A stretch of 63,809 bases of DNA, counting the filler, from Myxococcota bacterium (lineage in GTDB: Bacteria > Myxococcota > Myxococcia > Myxococcales > Myxococcaceae), in the NCBI GenBank assembly GCA_049322255.1. It is 5 parts of 5 records of this genome, joined end to end, with 100 filler letters (N's around TTAATTAATTAA, not from the genome) between each part and the next. Parts side by side here need not be neighbours in the genome. Positions count along the whole stretch, not along the records: positions 55,063 to 63,809 come from JBMORE010000138.1; 4 more parts are not named here. One strand, given 5' to 3'. The first letter of the stretch is position 1. The number at the start of each line of letters is the position of its first letter. Positions 55,958-63,809 of this stretch are shown one piece after another. The notes beneath the pieces are model-generated. The model worked only from the letters and a program-made list of their open reading frames with translations. It was not told where the DNA came from and did no database searches. The translations under genes were made by a program, and so were the position numbers.

Positions 55958-57691
55958 TCAGCGGCACAGGCGAACGATTTGCGGCGACCCGTCGCGCGGC
56001 GCCTGGGCTCGGAAGGCGAGGTTGAGCAGCTTGCTCTTCTTTCCCCTGCGCGACGGGCAGCGATAGAGAATTTGCTGCGTTCCGGGCAAAAGCAAAAGGC
56101 GAACGTTGGGGGCCAGGCGCTCCCTGCCCGAGGCGTCTTGAATGCGGGTTCGCGCCGGCGCCCGAAAAATGACCGTCACTCGGCCCACCGAGTTGGTGAG
56201 CTCTGAAGAGGGGCCCGCGTCGGGCGGCGCGGGAGCCTTCTGGGGAAGAACCGGAGGCGGGGCCTTGGAAACCGTCGACGGCGGCGAAGCTTCGCGCGTG
56301 GGGGCCTCGGCCCCTGTGGGCGGGGGGGACGTAGACGAAGAGGTTTCACCCAGGAGCGCCCACGCGGCCCAAAGCCCCAAAAGGAGCACGGCCGCGAACG
56401 CCAGCGCCGCCGCGCCCAGGGGTTTCTGGGCTACCCACTGGCGCCCGCGCGAGAAAGGCCCCGGACTCTGGTCGGTGAGCTCGTAGTCCAGGCCGTCGTC
56501 GCGCATCGCGGCCGGCGGTGGCGTGCTCTTGATCTCCCGGGTGGGGACATCATCGCGCGCTCTGACGTCGGTCGGAGAGGCGTCGAACACCGGGGCCGCG
56601 GGGCGCTGATCGTCGTATGAACGCACCATGGCATCGAACGCTCGCACCAGATCTTCAGGGCGTGCGTTCAAGGTACTCGGCTCCTCCTCCTTGCTCACGG
56701 CGGGGCTGCGCTCGTTGGAGGTGGGCTTGGCCTCGATGGACGCGGTGTGCTCGTCCTGCGCGCGTCGCTCCGGCACAGGCAGTGCCGGAACGTGGAGCAT
56801 CGTGCGCTCCTCCTCGGCCCCCAGGAGCTTGCCGATGTAGGCCTCGAGCTCAGGGGCGCCGGTGGGCTTTTCGGCGCTGGAAAATTCGTCCAAGTCCGCC
56901 TGAATCTCCGAGGCCTCCTGGTAACGACGGGCCCGGTCTTTCACCAGGCACTTCATGACGATGCGCGAGAGCGCAAGGGGGTAATCGGCCCGCACCAGGT
57001 GGGGGGGCGGCGGGTCCTCTGAACGAATGGCGAAAATCACCGCCTCGGTGGTCGACCGGAAGAAGGGGCTCTTCCCGGTGGTGATTTCATAGAGCATCGT
57101 GCCCACCGCGAAGAGGTCGGCGCGGTGGTCGATGACCTCTTGCGAAAGCTGCTCGGGGGCGAGGTAGAGAAACTTGCCCTTGATGACGCCGGGTTTGCTG
57201 CGCTCGACCAGGGCCCCGGCCTTGGCGATGCCGAAGTCCACCAGCTTGACATCGCCGTTGAACCCCACCATCACGTTCTGGGGGCTCACGTCGCGGTGGA
57301 TGACGTCCAAGGGTCTGCCGTCGAGGCCGACACGGTGGTGCGCATAGTGCAGCCCGGCGCACACCCGCGCGATGACGTAGGCCGCGATGGCGTACGGCAC
57401 CGTCTTTTGGCTCTTCATCTCCTCTTGCAGCACCTTGCGCAGGTCGGCCCCCTCCACCAGCTCCATGGCGATGAAGATCGAGTCGCTGAGCTTTCCCAGC
57501 TCGTGCACGCGGATGATGTTCGGGTGGTGCAGCTGGGCGGCGATGCGCGCCTCGTCCAAGAACATCTGAAGGAACTCCGCCTCCTTGGAGAGGTAGGGGA
57601 GAATTCGCTTGAGCACCACCAACGCGTTGGTGTGGGCATCGCGCGCTAAAAAGAGCTCCGCCATTCCGCCCACGGCGAGCCGCTTGAGCAA
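55958..57691 (-). CDS. membrane-anchored Ser/Thr protein kinase (start uncertain)
   Basis: LAVGGMAE, VLKRIL, IHRDVSPQN, DFGIAK, YLAPEQ; TM segment after low-complexity linker. Confidence 0.93.
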   Translation of the reverse strand: MLKRLAVGGMAELFLARDAHTNALVVLKRILPYLSKEAEFLQMFLDEARIAAQLHHPNIIRVHELGKLSDSIFIAMELVEGADLRKVLQEEMKSQKTVPYAIAAYVIARVCAGLHYAHHRVGLDGRPLDVIHRDVSPQNVMVGFNGDVKLVDFGIAKAGALVERSKPGVIKGKFLYLAPEQLSQEVIDHRADLFAVGTMLYEITTGKSPFFRSTTEAVIFAIRSEDPPPPHLVRADYPLALSRIVMKCLVKDRARRYQEASEIQADLDEFSSAEKPTGAPELEAYIGKLLGAEEERTMLHVPALPVPERRAQDEHTASIEAKPTSNERSPAVSKEEEPSTLNARPEDLVRAFDAMVRSYDDQRPAAPVFDASPTDVRARDDVPTREIKSTPPPAAMRDDGLDYELTDQSPGPFSRGRQWVAQKPLGAAALAFAAVLLLGLWAAWALLGETSSSTSPPPTGAEAPTREASPPSTVSKAPPPVLPQKAPAPPDAGPSSELTNSVGRVTVIFRAPARTRIQDASGRERLAPNVRLLLLPGTQQILYRCPSRRGKKSKLLNLAFRAQAPRDGSPQIVRLCR

Positions 57692-57789
57692 AAGGTACTT
57701 GCCGAACGGTGCGGCGATCTGCGCAGGCGCTTCGCGGATGGCGAGCTCCGAAGGTGGCGAGAAAGCATAGGAGCTTAACCGCCCGCCCT

Positions 57790-58647
57790 TCAGTATTTAT
57801 AGAAGCCTTCTTTCGACTTCTTCCCCAGCTTGCCCGCACGCACCATTTTCTTGAGCAGCTGCGGGGGACGGAAGGTGGCGCTGCCCAGCTCCTTGTAGAG
57901 GTACTCGGCGATGGCCAGCCGCACGTCGAGGCCGACCAGGTCGCCCAGCTTGAGCGGGCCCATGGGGAAGCCGTACCCCAGCTCCATGGCGCGATCGATG
58001 TCGGCGGCGCTGGCCACGCCCTCTTCGAGCATGCGAATCGCCTCCAGCCCCACCGCCACCCCCAGCCGTGTGGAGGCGAAACCAGGGTGGTCCTTCACCT
58101 CCACCAGCTCTTTACCGATCTTCTCTCCGAAGGCGCGCGCGGTGGCCATCGTCTCGTCGGAAGTCTGGTACGCCCGCACCAGCTCGAGCAGCTTCATCAA
58201 GTGCACGGGGTTGAAGAAGTGCATGCCCACCACCCGTGAAGGCTCGCTGGCGGCGGCGGCGATCTCGGTGAGGGAGAGGGAGCTGGTGTTGGAGGCCAAG
58301 ATCGCGTCCTTGGCGCACGAGGACGACAGCTGGCGGAAGGTGGTTTGCTTGAGGGTGAGGTCCTCGGGGGCGGCCTCGATGACCAGCTGGCACTTGGCCA
58401 AGTCGTGCAGCGCGCCAGTGGCGGACAGACGAGCCAGGGTGGCGTCACGCTCTTGGGGCTTCACCTTCCCTTTCTCGATGCCCACGCGCAGGTTGTCGGC
58501 AATGCGAGCCAGGCCTTTTTGCGCCAGCTCGAGCGAGACGTCGTAGACGAGGGTTTTGTAGCCGGCGAACGCGCACACCTGGGCGATGCCGTGCCCCATC
58601 GTCCCCGCGCCCACCACGCCCACCGTCTGGATGGAGGAGATGTCCAT
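57790..58647 (-). CDS. 3-hydroxybutyryl/3-hydroxyacyl-CoA dehydrogenase
   Basis: VGAGTMGHGIA, ASNTSS, GMHFFNP, PMGPL. Confidence 0.95.
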   Translation of the reverse strand: MDISSIQTVGVVGAGTMGHGIAQVCAFAGYKTLVYDVSLELAQKGLARIADNLRVGIEKGKVKPQERDATLARLSATGALHDLAKCQLVIEAAPEDLTLKQTTFRQLSSSCAKDAILASNTSSLSLTEIAAAASEPSRVVGMHFFNPVHLMKLLELVRAYQTSDETMATARAFGEKIGKELVEVKDHPGFASTRLGVAVGLEAIRMLEEGVASAADIDRAMELGYGFPMGPLKLGDLVGLDVRLAIAEYLYKELGSATFRPPQLLKKMVRAGKLGKKSKEGFYKY

Positions 58648-58659
58648 GTCGAGCTCCCG

Positions 58660-59400
58660 CTACTTCTTGCGCTTCTCCAGAAAGGCGGTCATGCGCTCGC
58701 GCTTGTCGGGCGAATCGAACAACAGCGCTTGCCCCAGCTGCTCGAGGGGCGCCGCTTCGCCGCCGTGCGCGAGCGCGTTGAGCGACAGCTTGGCCACTTG
58801 CAAGGCCAGCGGTGCGTTCTGGGCGATCTGCGCGGCCAAGTCGAGCGCCGCCTTCACTGCGTCGGTCTCCACCAACCGCTCGCACAGGCCGATGGCGTAG
58901 GCCTCTTCGGCGTCGAGAATACGACCGGTGAACACCAGGTCTTTGGCCCGGCCCAGGCCCACCAGACGCGGCAGCCGCCAGGTGCCTCCCGCCGCCGGGT
59001 AGATGCCCAAGGTGACCTCGGGCAATCCCAGCTTCGCCGACTTGGAGGCCACGCGGAGGTCGCAGGCGAGCGCCAGCTCCAGGCCGCCTCCCAGCGCGTA
59101 GCCATCGATCGCCGCCATCGTCGGGCGGGGGAAGCGCTCCACTTTCTGGAACAGGGTGGCGTTGACGGCGAAGAAAGCCTCGCGGTGGGTGCGCTCTCGT
59201 AGCTCGGCGATGTCCGCCCCGCTGGCGAAGGCCTTGCCGCCGGCCCCCGAGAAGACCACCACCTTCACCTCGTCGCGCTGCGCCCAGTCGTCGAGGAGCG
59301 CGCTCAAGGCGCTCCTCATCTCCCCGTTGATGGCGTTTCGCGCCTGGGGGCGGTGAAGCTGCACATGCCCCACCCCCTCTTTCACATCGTGCTTGATCAT
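58660..59400 (-). CDS. enoyl-CoA hydratase/isomerase family protein
   Basis: AFASGADI, GYALGGGLELALACD, GLPEV..G..P.AGGT. Confidence 0.94.
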   Translation of the reverse strand: MIKHDVKEGVGHVQLHRPQARNAINGEMRSALSALLDDWAQRDEVKVVVFSGAGGKAFASGADIAELRERTHREAFFAVNATLFQKVERFPRPTMAAIDGYALGGGLELALACDLRVASKSAKLGLPEVTLGIYPAAGGTWRLPRLVGLGRAKDLVFTGRILDAEEAYAIGLCERLVETDAVKAALDLAAQIAQNAPLALQVAKLSLNALAHGGEAAPLEQLGQALLFDSPDKRERMTAFLEKRKK

Positions 59401-59414
59401 CAGAGTGCCCAGTG

Positions 59415-59450
59415 CCCCCTCTCCCTCTGGGAGAGGGTTGGGGTGAGGGG
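59415..59450. repeat. REP-like palindrome, copy 5
   Basis: CCCCCTCTCCCTCTGGGAGAGGGTTGGGGTGAGGGG. Confidence 0.88.
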
Positions 59451-59466
59451 CCATAGTTCGCCCGCC

Positions 59467-60516
59467 CTACTGCGCCATCGCCCCGGCGAAATCGTTCGCA
59501 CAATCTTGCGGATAGAGCACGAAGGTGTAGCTCGCGTCCGTCCCCGGAACGCTCCCGGCGTTGCGGAAGGAGCACCCGCTGGTGCCCCCATCGGCGCAAG
59601 GCGCGTGGGTGTACGAGTCCCACACCCCGCGGATGCCGTTGGGGAAAGTCACCGTGCCACCGTCGTTGGCCATCGCCCGCCAGTCGCAGCGCGGCGTGCC
59701 GCCATCCATGGTGGTGCCGAAGGTCTTGTAGTTGTTGACCAGCACGCCTCCGCTGATCTCGAAGCCAAAGTGCACGGTGTCGGTGGAAACCGCGGAGACG
59801 CGTTTGAACGGGGGAGGGTTGGGGTCGACCAGCGCGATGGGACCGGGAATGTGCACGCGGGTGCCGGCGAGCTCCCTGTTGGCTTGCACCTGGCCGCCGT
59901 TGGCGTTGCCGAAGCCGGAAGGCGCCGTGTTGTCCGCCGGAGGAGTGGCCGTACCGGTCTTGGTGATTTCCAGCTTGCCTTGGTTGTTGGGCGCCTGGCA
60001 GCCGAACTGGCTCTTCAGGGTGAAGCGGTAACCGACGCGATCATCGAAGCGCGACTCGGTACCGATGTAGCCGTCGATGTCGAGCACGTCGCCGACTTGC
60101 GGGTTGTACGGGCCCGGCGGGTCGGTGAAGAACTTGTCCACGTAAATGCCTTGGGTGGGGTTGTTCGGGTCCACCACCCAGAACTGGGTGTCGTAGTCGC
60201 CTTGGCTGCCGCGGAAGGCGTTGTCCACCGCGACCACCACGACGCCACGCAGGCGCAGGTGCTCGGTGCAGAAGACCGCCTGCTTGGCCTGGGCGATGGT
60301 CACCTCGCGAATACCTGCATCGGAGCTGCCCCCGTCACCCCCGCCGCCACCCCCTCCTCCTCCTCCGCCACCCCCGCCGCCTCCTCCGCCACCCGCACCA
60401 CCTCCCCCACCTCCACCGCCGCCTGCATCGAGCGTCTGGCGCGCCGGCCCGCAAGCAGCCAAAAGACAAGCGGCGACGACGAGCACCCCCGCGAGGGGCT
60501 TCTTGAGCGATGTCAC
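59467..60516 (-). CDS. uncharacterised Cys-containing lipoprotein with poly-Gly linker
   Basis: Lipobox LAAC; ~30-residue Gly run; OB-fold-like GIYV...PQVGDVLDIDG. Confidence 0.82.
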   Translation of the reverse strand: MTSLKKPLAGVLVVAACLLAACGPARQTLDAGGGGGGGGGAGGGGGGGGGGGGGGGGGGGDGGSSDAGIREVTIAQAKQAVFCTEHLRLRGVVVVAVDNAFRGSQGDYDTQFWVVDPNNPTQGIYVDKFFTDPPGPYNPQVGDVLDIDGYIGTESRFDDRVGYRFTLKSQFGCQAPNNQGKLEITKTGTATPPADNTAPSGFGNANGGQVQANRELAGTRVHIPGPIALVDPNPPPFKRVSAVSTDTVHFGFEISGGVLVNNYKTFGTTMDGGTPRCDWRAMANDGGTVTFPNGIRGVWDSYTHAPCADGGTSGCSFRNAGSVPGTDASYTFVLYPQDCANDFAGAMAQ

Positions 60517-60633
60517 GTTCTTCTCCTGTGGATTTTCGGCCCGCGTACCTCTAGAAGCCGCGGCTTATACAGCGCGCGTGCGCGGAGCGGAAGGCCACCG
60601 CTTTCGTTCACCCCAAGGCGTCTCGGAGGAACG

Positions 60634-61662
60634 TTGAAGGCGATCGCCTTTCGACAGCACGGCGATGTGAAAGTGCTCGAGCCGATGGAGCTGCGCGAGC
60701 CGGCCTTGGGCGCGCGCGACGTGCTCGTGCGGGTGAAGGCGGTGGCGCTCAACCACCTCGACATTTGGGTGCGCAAGGGTTGGCCGGGCTTGAAGCTCGC
60801 CTTTCCCCACGTCTTGGGCAGCGACATCGCGGGCGTCGTCGAGCGGGTGGGAGGAGAGGTGAGCGACCTGCCGGCGGGAACCGAGGTGGTGGTCAATCCC
60901 GGCCTCTCCTGCGGCGCTTGCGCGGCGTGCCTGTCGGGAGAAGACAACCTCTGTAAGAGCTATCGCGTCCTCGGAGAGCACCTCGACGGCGGCTACGCCG
61001 AGTACGTGGCGGTGCCGCGGCAAAACGTCCTCCCCAAGCCGAAAAACCTCTCGTTCGAGGAGGCCGCCTGCGTGCCCCTCACCTTTCTCACGTCGTGGAC
61101 GATGCTCGACCGCCGCGCCCAGTTGCGCCCCGGGGAGACGGTGCTGGTGCATGCCGCTGGATCCGGGGTGGGCAGCGCTGCGGTGCAGATCGCCAAGCTG
61201 ATGGGCGCCACCGTCATCGCCACCGCCTCCACCGATGAGAAGCTGGCCCGCGCCCAACAGCTCGGCGCCGACCACCTCATCAACTACGCCCGGACCGACT
61301 TCCTCGAAGAGGTGAAGCGGCTGACCAACCGCCGCTTGGTCGACGTGGTGTTCGAACACGTGGGAGAAAAGACCTTCGACAAGAGCGTGGCGTGCCTGCC
61401 TTACGGCGGCCGGCTGGTGACCTGCGGCGCCACCACTGGACACGAGGTGAAGCTGGACCTCAGGGTGCTCTTCTACAAGCGCATCTCGCTTTTGGGCTCC
61501 ACCATGGGCAGCAAAGGAGACCTCTTCCGCATCCTTCAACTGGTGGAGCAAGGGCGCCTGCGGCCGGTGCTCGACCGGGTGTTGCCGCTGGCGAACGCCG
61601 CCGAGGCGCACGGGCTGCTCGAGAGCCGCGCGCAGTTTGGCAACGTGGTGCTGGTACCGTGA
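60634..61662 (+). CDS. zinc-binding alcohol dehydrogenase/quinone oxidoreductase (MDR) family
   Basis: GGAGG then TTG; CGACAAC...[16 protein letters not shown]. Confidence 0.93.
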   Translation: MKAIAFRQHGDVKVLEPMELREPALGARDVLVRVKAVALNHLDIWVRKGWPGLKLAFPHVLGSDIAGVVERVGGEVSDLPAGTEVVVNPGLSCGACAACLSGEDNLCKSYRVLGEHLDGGYAEYVAVPRQNVLPKPKNLSFEEAACVPLTFLTSWTMLDRRAQLRPGETVLVHAAGSGVGSAAVQIAKLMGATVIATASTDEKLARAQQLGADHLINYARTDFLEEVKRLTNRRLVDVVFEHVGEKTFDKSVACLPYGGRLVTCGATTGHEVKLDLRVLFYKRISLLGSTMGSKGDLFRILQLVEQGRLRPVLDRVLPLANAAEAHGLLESRAQFGNVVLVP

Positions 61663-61666
61663 GGGC

Positions 61667-62869
61667 ATGATGGGCGAGGCGCTGATCATCGACGCCATTC
61701 GCACGCCGATCGGCAAGCTCCGCGGCGCGCTCAAGGATGTGCGGCCCGATGATCTCGCCGCGCTGGTGATTCGCGCACTTCTCGCCCGCGCGAAGGTGCC
61801 CACCGCCCGCATCGACGAGGTCTATTTCGGCTGCGCCAATCAGGCGGGAGAGGACAACCGCAACGTGGCTCGCATGGCGGTGCTGCTCGCGGGCCTGCCG
61901 CACTCGGTGCCGGCGGCGACGGTGAACCGGCTGTGCGGCAGTGGACTGGAGGCAGTCATCCAAGGCTGCCGGATGATCCAGCTCGGGGAGGCCGACGTGG
62001 TGATCGCCGGCGGCGTCGAGTCGATGACCCGCGCGCCGTGGGCGATGCCCAAGCCGCCCGAGGGCTTTCCTTCCGGCAAGTGGGAGCTCTACGACACCTC
62101 GCTGGGCTGGCGTTTTCCCAACCCCAAGCTGGCGGCGCTCTTTCCTCTCGAGCAAATGGGCGAGACCGCCGAGAACGTCGCCGCCGAAGAAAAGCTCTCC
62201 CGCGCCGAGCAAGACGAGCTCGCCCTCGCCTCGCACCAGAAGGCGGTCGCCGCGCAAGCCGCAGGCCGGTTCGCCCACGAGCTGGTGCCGGTGGAGGTGG
62301 CTCAGAAGAAGGGCCCGCCGCTCGAGGTGACGGCGGACGAGGGCCCTCGCCCCGACACCACGCTGGAGAAGCTCGCCGCGCTCCGGCCGGCGTTTCGCGA
62401 GGGCGGGACGGTGACCGCGGGCAATTCCTCGACGCTCAACGACGGCGCCTCAGCGGTGCTTCTGATGAGCGAGCGCGCGGCCAAGGAGCTCGGGGTCACG
62501 CCTCTGGCCCGCTACGTGAGCTCGGGCACTGCCGGCGTCGACCCGCGCACCATGGGCGTCGGCCCGGTTCCCGCCTCGCAAAAAGCGCTGAAGGCCGCGG
62601 GATGGAGCGAGCGTGAGCTCGAGCTCATCGAGCTCAACGAGGCTTTCGCTTCGCAGACGTTGGCGTGCATCCGACGGCTGTCGCTCGATCCGGCGAAGGT
62701 GAACGTGAACGGCGGAGCAATTGCCCTGGGCCACCCGCTTGGCTGCAGCGGCGCGCGCATTCTCACCACCCTGGTTCACGAGCTGACGCGGCGCGGAGGA
62801 GGCCGCGGGCTGGCCACCATGTGCGTCGGCGTCGGCCAAGGAATTGCCATGACCATCGAGCACCTATGA
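61667..62869 (+). CDS. thiolase (PaaJ/PcaF-like acetyl-CoA C-acyltransferase)
   Basis: [44 protein letters not shown]. Confidence 0.95.
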   Translation: MMGEALIIDAIRTPIGKLRGALKDVRPDDLAALVIRALLARAKVPTARIDEVYFGCANQAGEDNRNVARMAVLLAGLPHSVPAATVNRLCGSGLEAVIQGCRMIQLGEADVVIAGGVESMTRAPWAMPKPPEGFPSGKWELYDTSLGWRFPNPKLAALFPLEQMGETAENVAAEEKLSRAEQDELALASHQKAVAAQAAGRFAHELVPVEVAQKKGPPLEVTADEGPRPDTTLEKLAALRPAFREGGTVTAGNSSTLNDGASAVLLMSERAAKELGVTPLARYVSSGTAGVDPRTMGVGPVPASQKALKAAGWSERELELIELNEAFASQTLACIRRLSLDPAKVNVNGGAIALGHPLGCSGARILTTLVHELTRRGGGRGLATMCVGVGQGIAMTIEHL

Positions 62870-63684
62870 CCAACCCCCGTGACTGGACACAGCCCTCCGC
62901 CCAAACGCTGGTGGACTACCAGGTGAAGGAGGGCGTCGCGCTCCTGACGCTCAACGACCCCCCGGCGAACACCTACAGCTACGCGATGATGCGCCAGCTC
63001 GACGACGCCATCTTGCGCGCGCGCTTCGACCCGACGGTGCACGTTCTGGTGCTCACCGGCGCGGGGAAGAAATTTTTCTGCGCGGGGGCGAGCATCCAGA
63101 TGCTTCAAGAGGTCGATCCGACCTTCAAGTACTACTTCTGCATGCACGCCAATGAGACGCTCAACCGGCTGGAGCAGACGCCCAAGCTGGTCATCGCGGC
63201 AATCAACGGTCACTGTGTCGGAGGAGGCCTCGAGGTCGCGCTCGCCGCCGACCTGCGCATCGCCGCCCAGGGCGATTTCAAAATCGGGCTGCCCGAGGTG
63301 AAGTTGGGCGTGCTCCCCGGCACCGGCGGCACCCAGCGGCTCGCGCGCCTCCTGGGACGAGCGAAAGCGATCGAGCTGATGGTCGAGGGAAGGAACCTCT
63401 CCGTGGAAGAAGCGCGCGCGCTGGGCCTGGTCACCCGCGTCGTCGACGGCGGCGACTTCATGACCGAGGTGATGGCTCACGCGCGCGAGCTCGTACCGCC
63501 TAAGCGGGCGTCGCGCGCGGTAGGTCACATCAAGCGCGCGGTGCTCTCCGGGCTGGAGAGCGGTTTGACCGAGGGCCTGGCGCTCGAGCGGGAGTTGCAG
63601 CAGCGCCTCTTCACCAGCGAGGACGCCGCCGAAGGCATTCGCGCCTACAACGAGAAGCGCACGCCCGTGTTCAAGGGCCAGTAG
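62866..63684 (+). CDS. enoyl-CoA hydratase/isomerase family protein
   Basis: [40 protein letters not shown]. Confidence 0.93.
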   Translation: MTNPRDWTQPSAQTLVDYQVKEGVALLTLNDPPANTYSYAMMRQLDDAILRARFDPTVHVLVLTGAGKKFFCAGASIQMLQEVDPTFKYYFCMHANETLNRLEQTPKLVIAAINGHCVGGGLEVALAADLRIAAQGDFKIGLPEVKLGVLPGTGGTQRLARLLGRAKAIELMVEGRNLSVEEARALGLVTRVVDGGDFMTEVMAHARELVPPKRASRAVGHIKRAVLSGLESGLTEGLALERELQQRLFTSEDAAEGIRAYNEKRTPVFKGQ

Positions 63685-63705
63685 CGCTCACGCCCGTTGG
63701 CAAAG

Positions 63706-63723
63706 TGACCACTCCAGTGGTCA
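63706..63723. promoter_or_regulatory. perfect inverted repeat, candidate repressor operator
   Basis: TGACCACT-CC-AGTGGTCA. Confidence 0.5.
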
Positions 63724-63809
63724 GGGAGTGTAGGTACGCCCACTTAGATGCCTTGGGGATGCAGCACCTTCCGTTGGCTTGCTCCGGCCCGAACCTTGCG
63801 TCAGGCTTC

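Noticed and set aside
55958..57691. Kinase as the cognate regulator of the T3SS-adjacent FHA protein
   Set aside because: Lies across a linker gap so linkage is unproven, and myxobacteria encode many such kinases
59353..60633. N-terminal extension on the MDR dehydrogenase (769-aa ORF)
   Set aside because: Antisense to the lipoprotein gene; GGAGG plus TTG at 60634 gives a normal-length enzyme
1..63809. tRNA, rRNA, integrase, transposase, reverse transcriptase or prophage genes
   Set aside because: None recognised by eye in the intergenic regions or ORF translations

Overview
High-GC, myxobacterial-looking (Myxococcota) draft sequence. It is made of at least five contigs joined by 100-nt N-spacers carrying a TTAATTAATTAA linker (13711-13810, 27516-27615, 41254-41353, 54963-55062), plus one plain 100-N gap (33190-33289), so gene adjacency across linkers is unproven. 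Segment 1: spoVR, a hypothetical gene, and a 3701-aa lipoprotein-signal Rhs/YD protein (ZU5-like HFS domain, beta-helix, Ig-like, Cys-rich, DUF6531-like, Rhs core, DUF4951-like tip) followed by a small candidate immunity gene. Segment 2: an 83-bp tandem repeat, an Rsm22-like methyltransferase, an ABC exporter, lipoproteins, prfC, a pseudo-M50/cNMP membrane protein, beta-PGM and a GH65 phosphorylase. Segment 3: lipid A acyltransferase-lptC-lptA-lptB-rpoN-hpf, an MNT/HEPN remnant, a DCC1-like gene, nagZ, ptsN, dtd, dacB and cheW. Segment 4: an S8/CARDB lipoprotein, SpoIIM/RDD, and part of an atypical myxobacterial type III secretion locus (sctV, three SycD-like chaperones, standalone FlhB/SctU-C, a needle-like subunit with an amphipathic N-terminus) facing an OM barrel/TPR lipoprotein/double-FHA module. 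Segment 5: an SprT-like peptidase, a Ser/Thr kinase and acyl-CoA catabolic genes. Best candidates for novelty: the lipid-anchored, possibly doubly self-cleaving giant Rhs toxin/immunity pair; the T3SS needle-like gene with its possible secretin-free envelope partners; and a 195-bp palindromic in-frame insertion between lptC and lptA. All family calls come from motif recognition by eye, not database searches.
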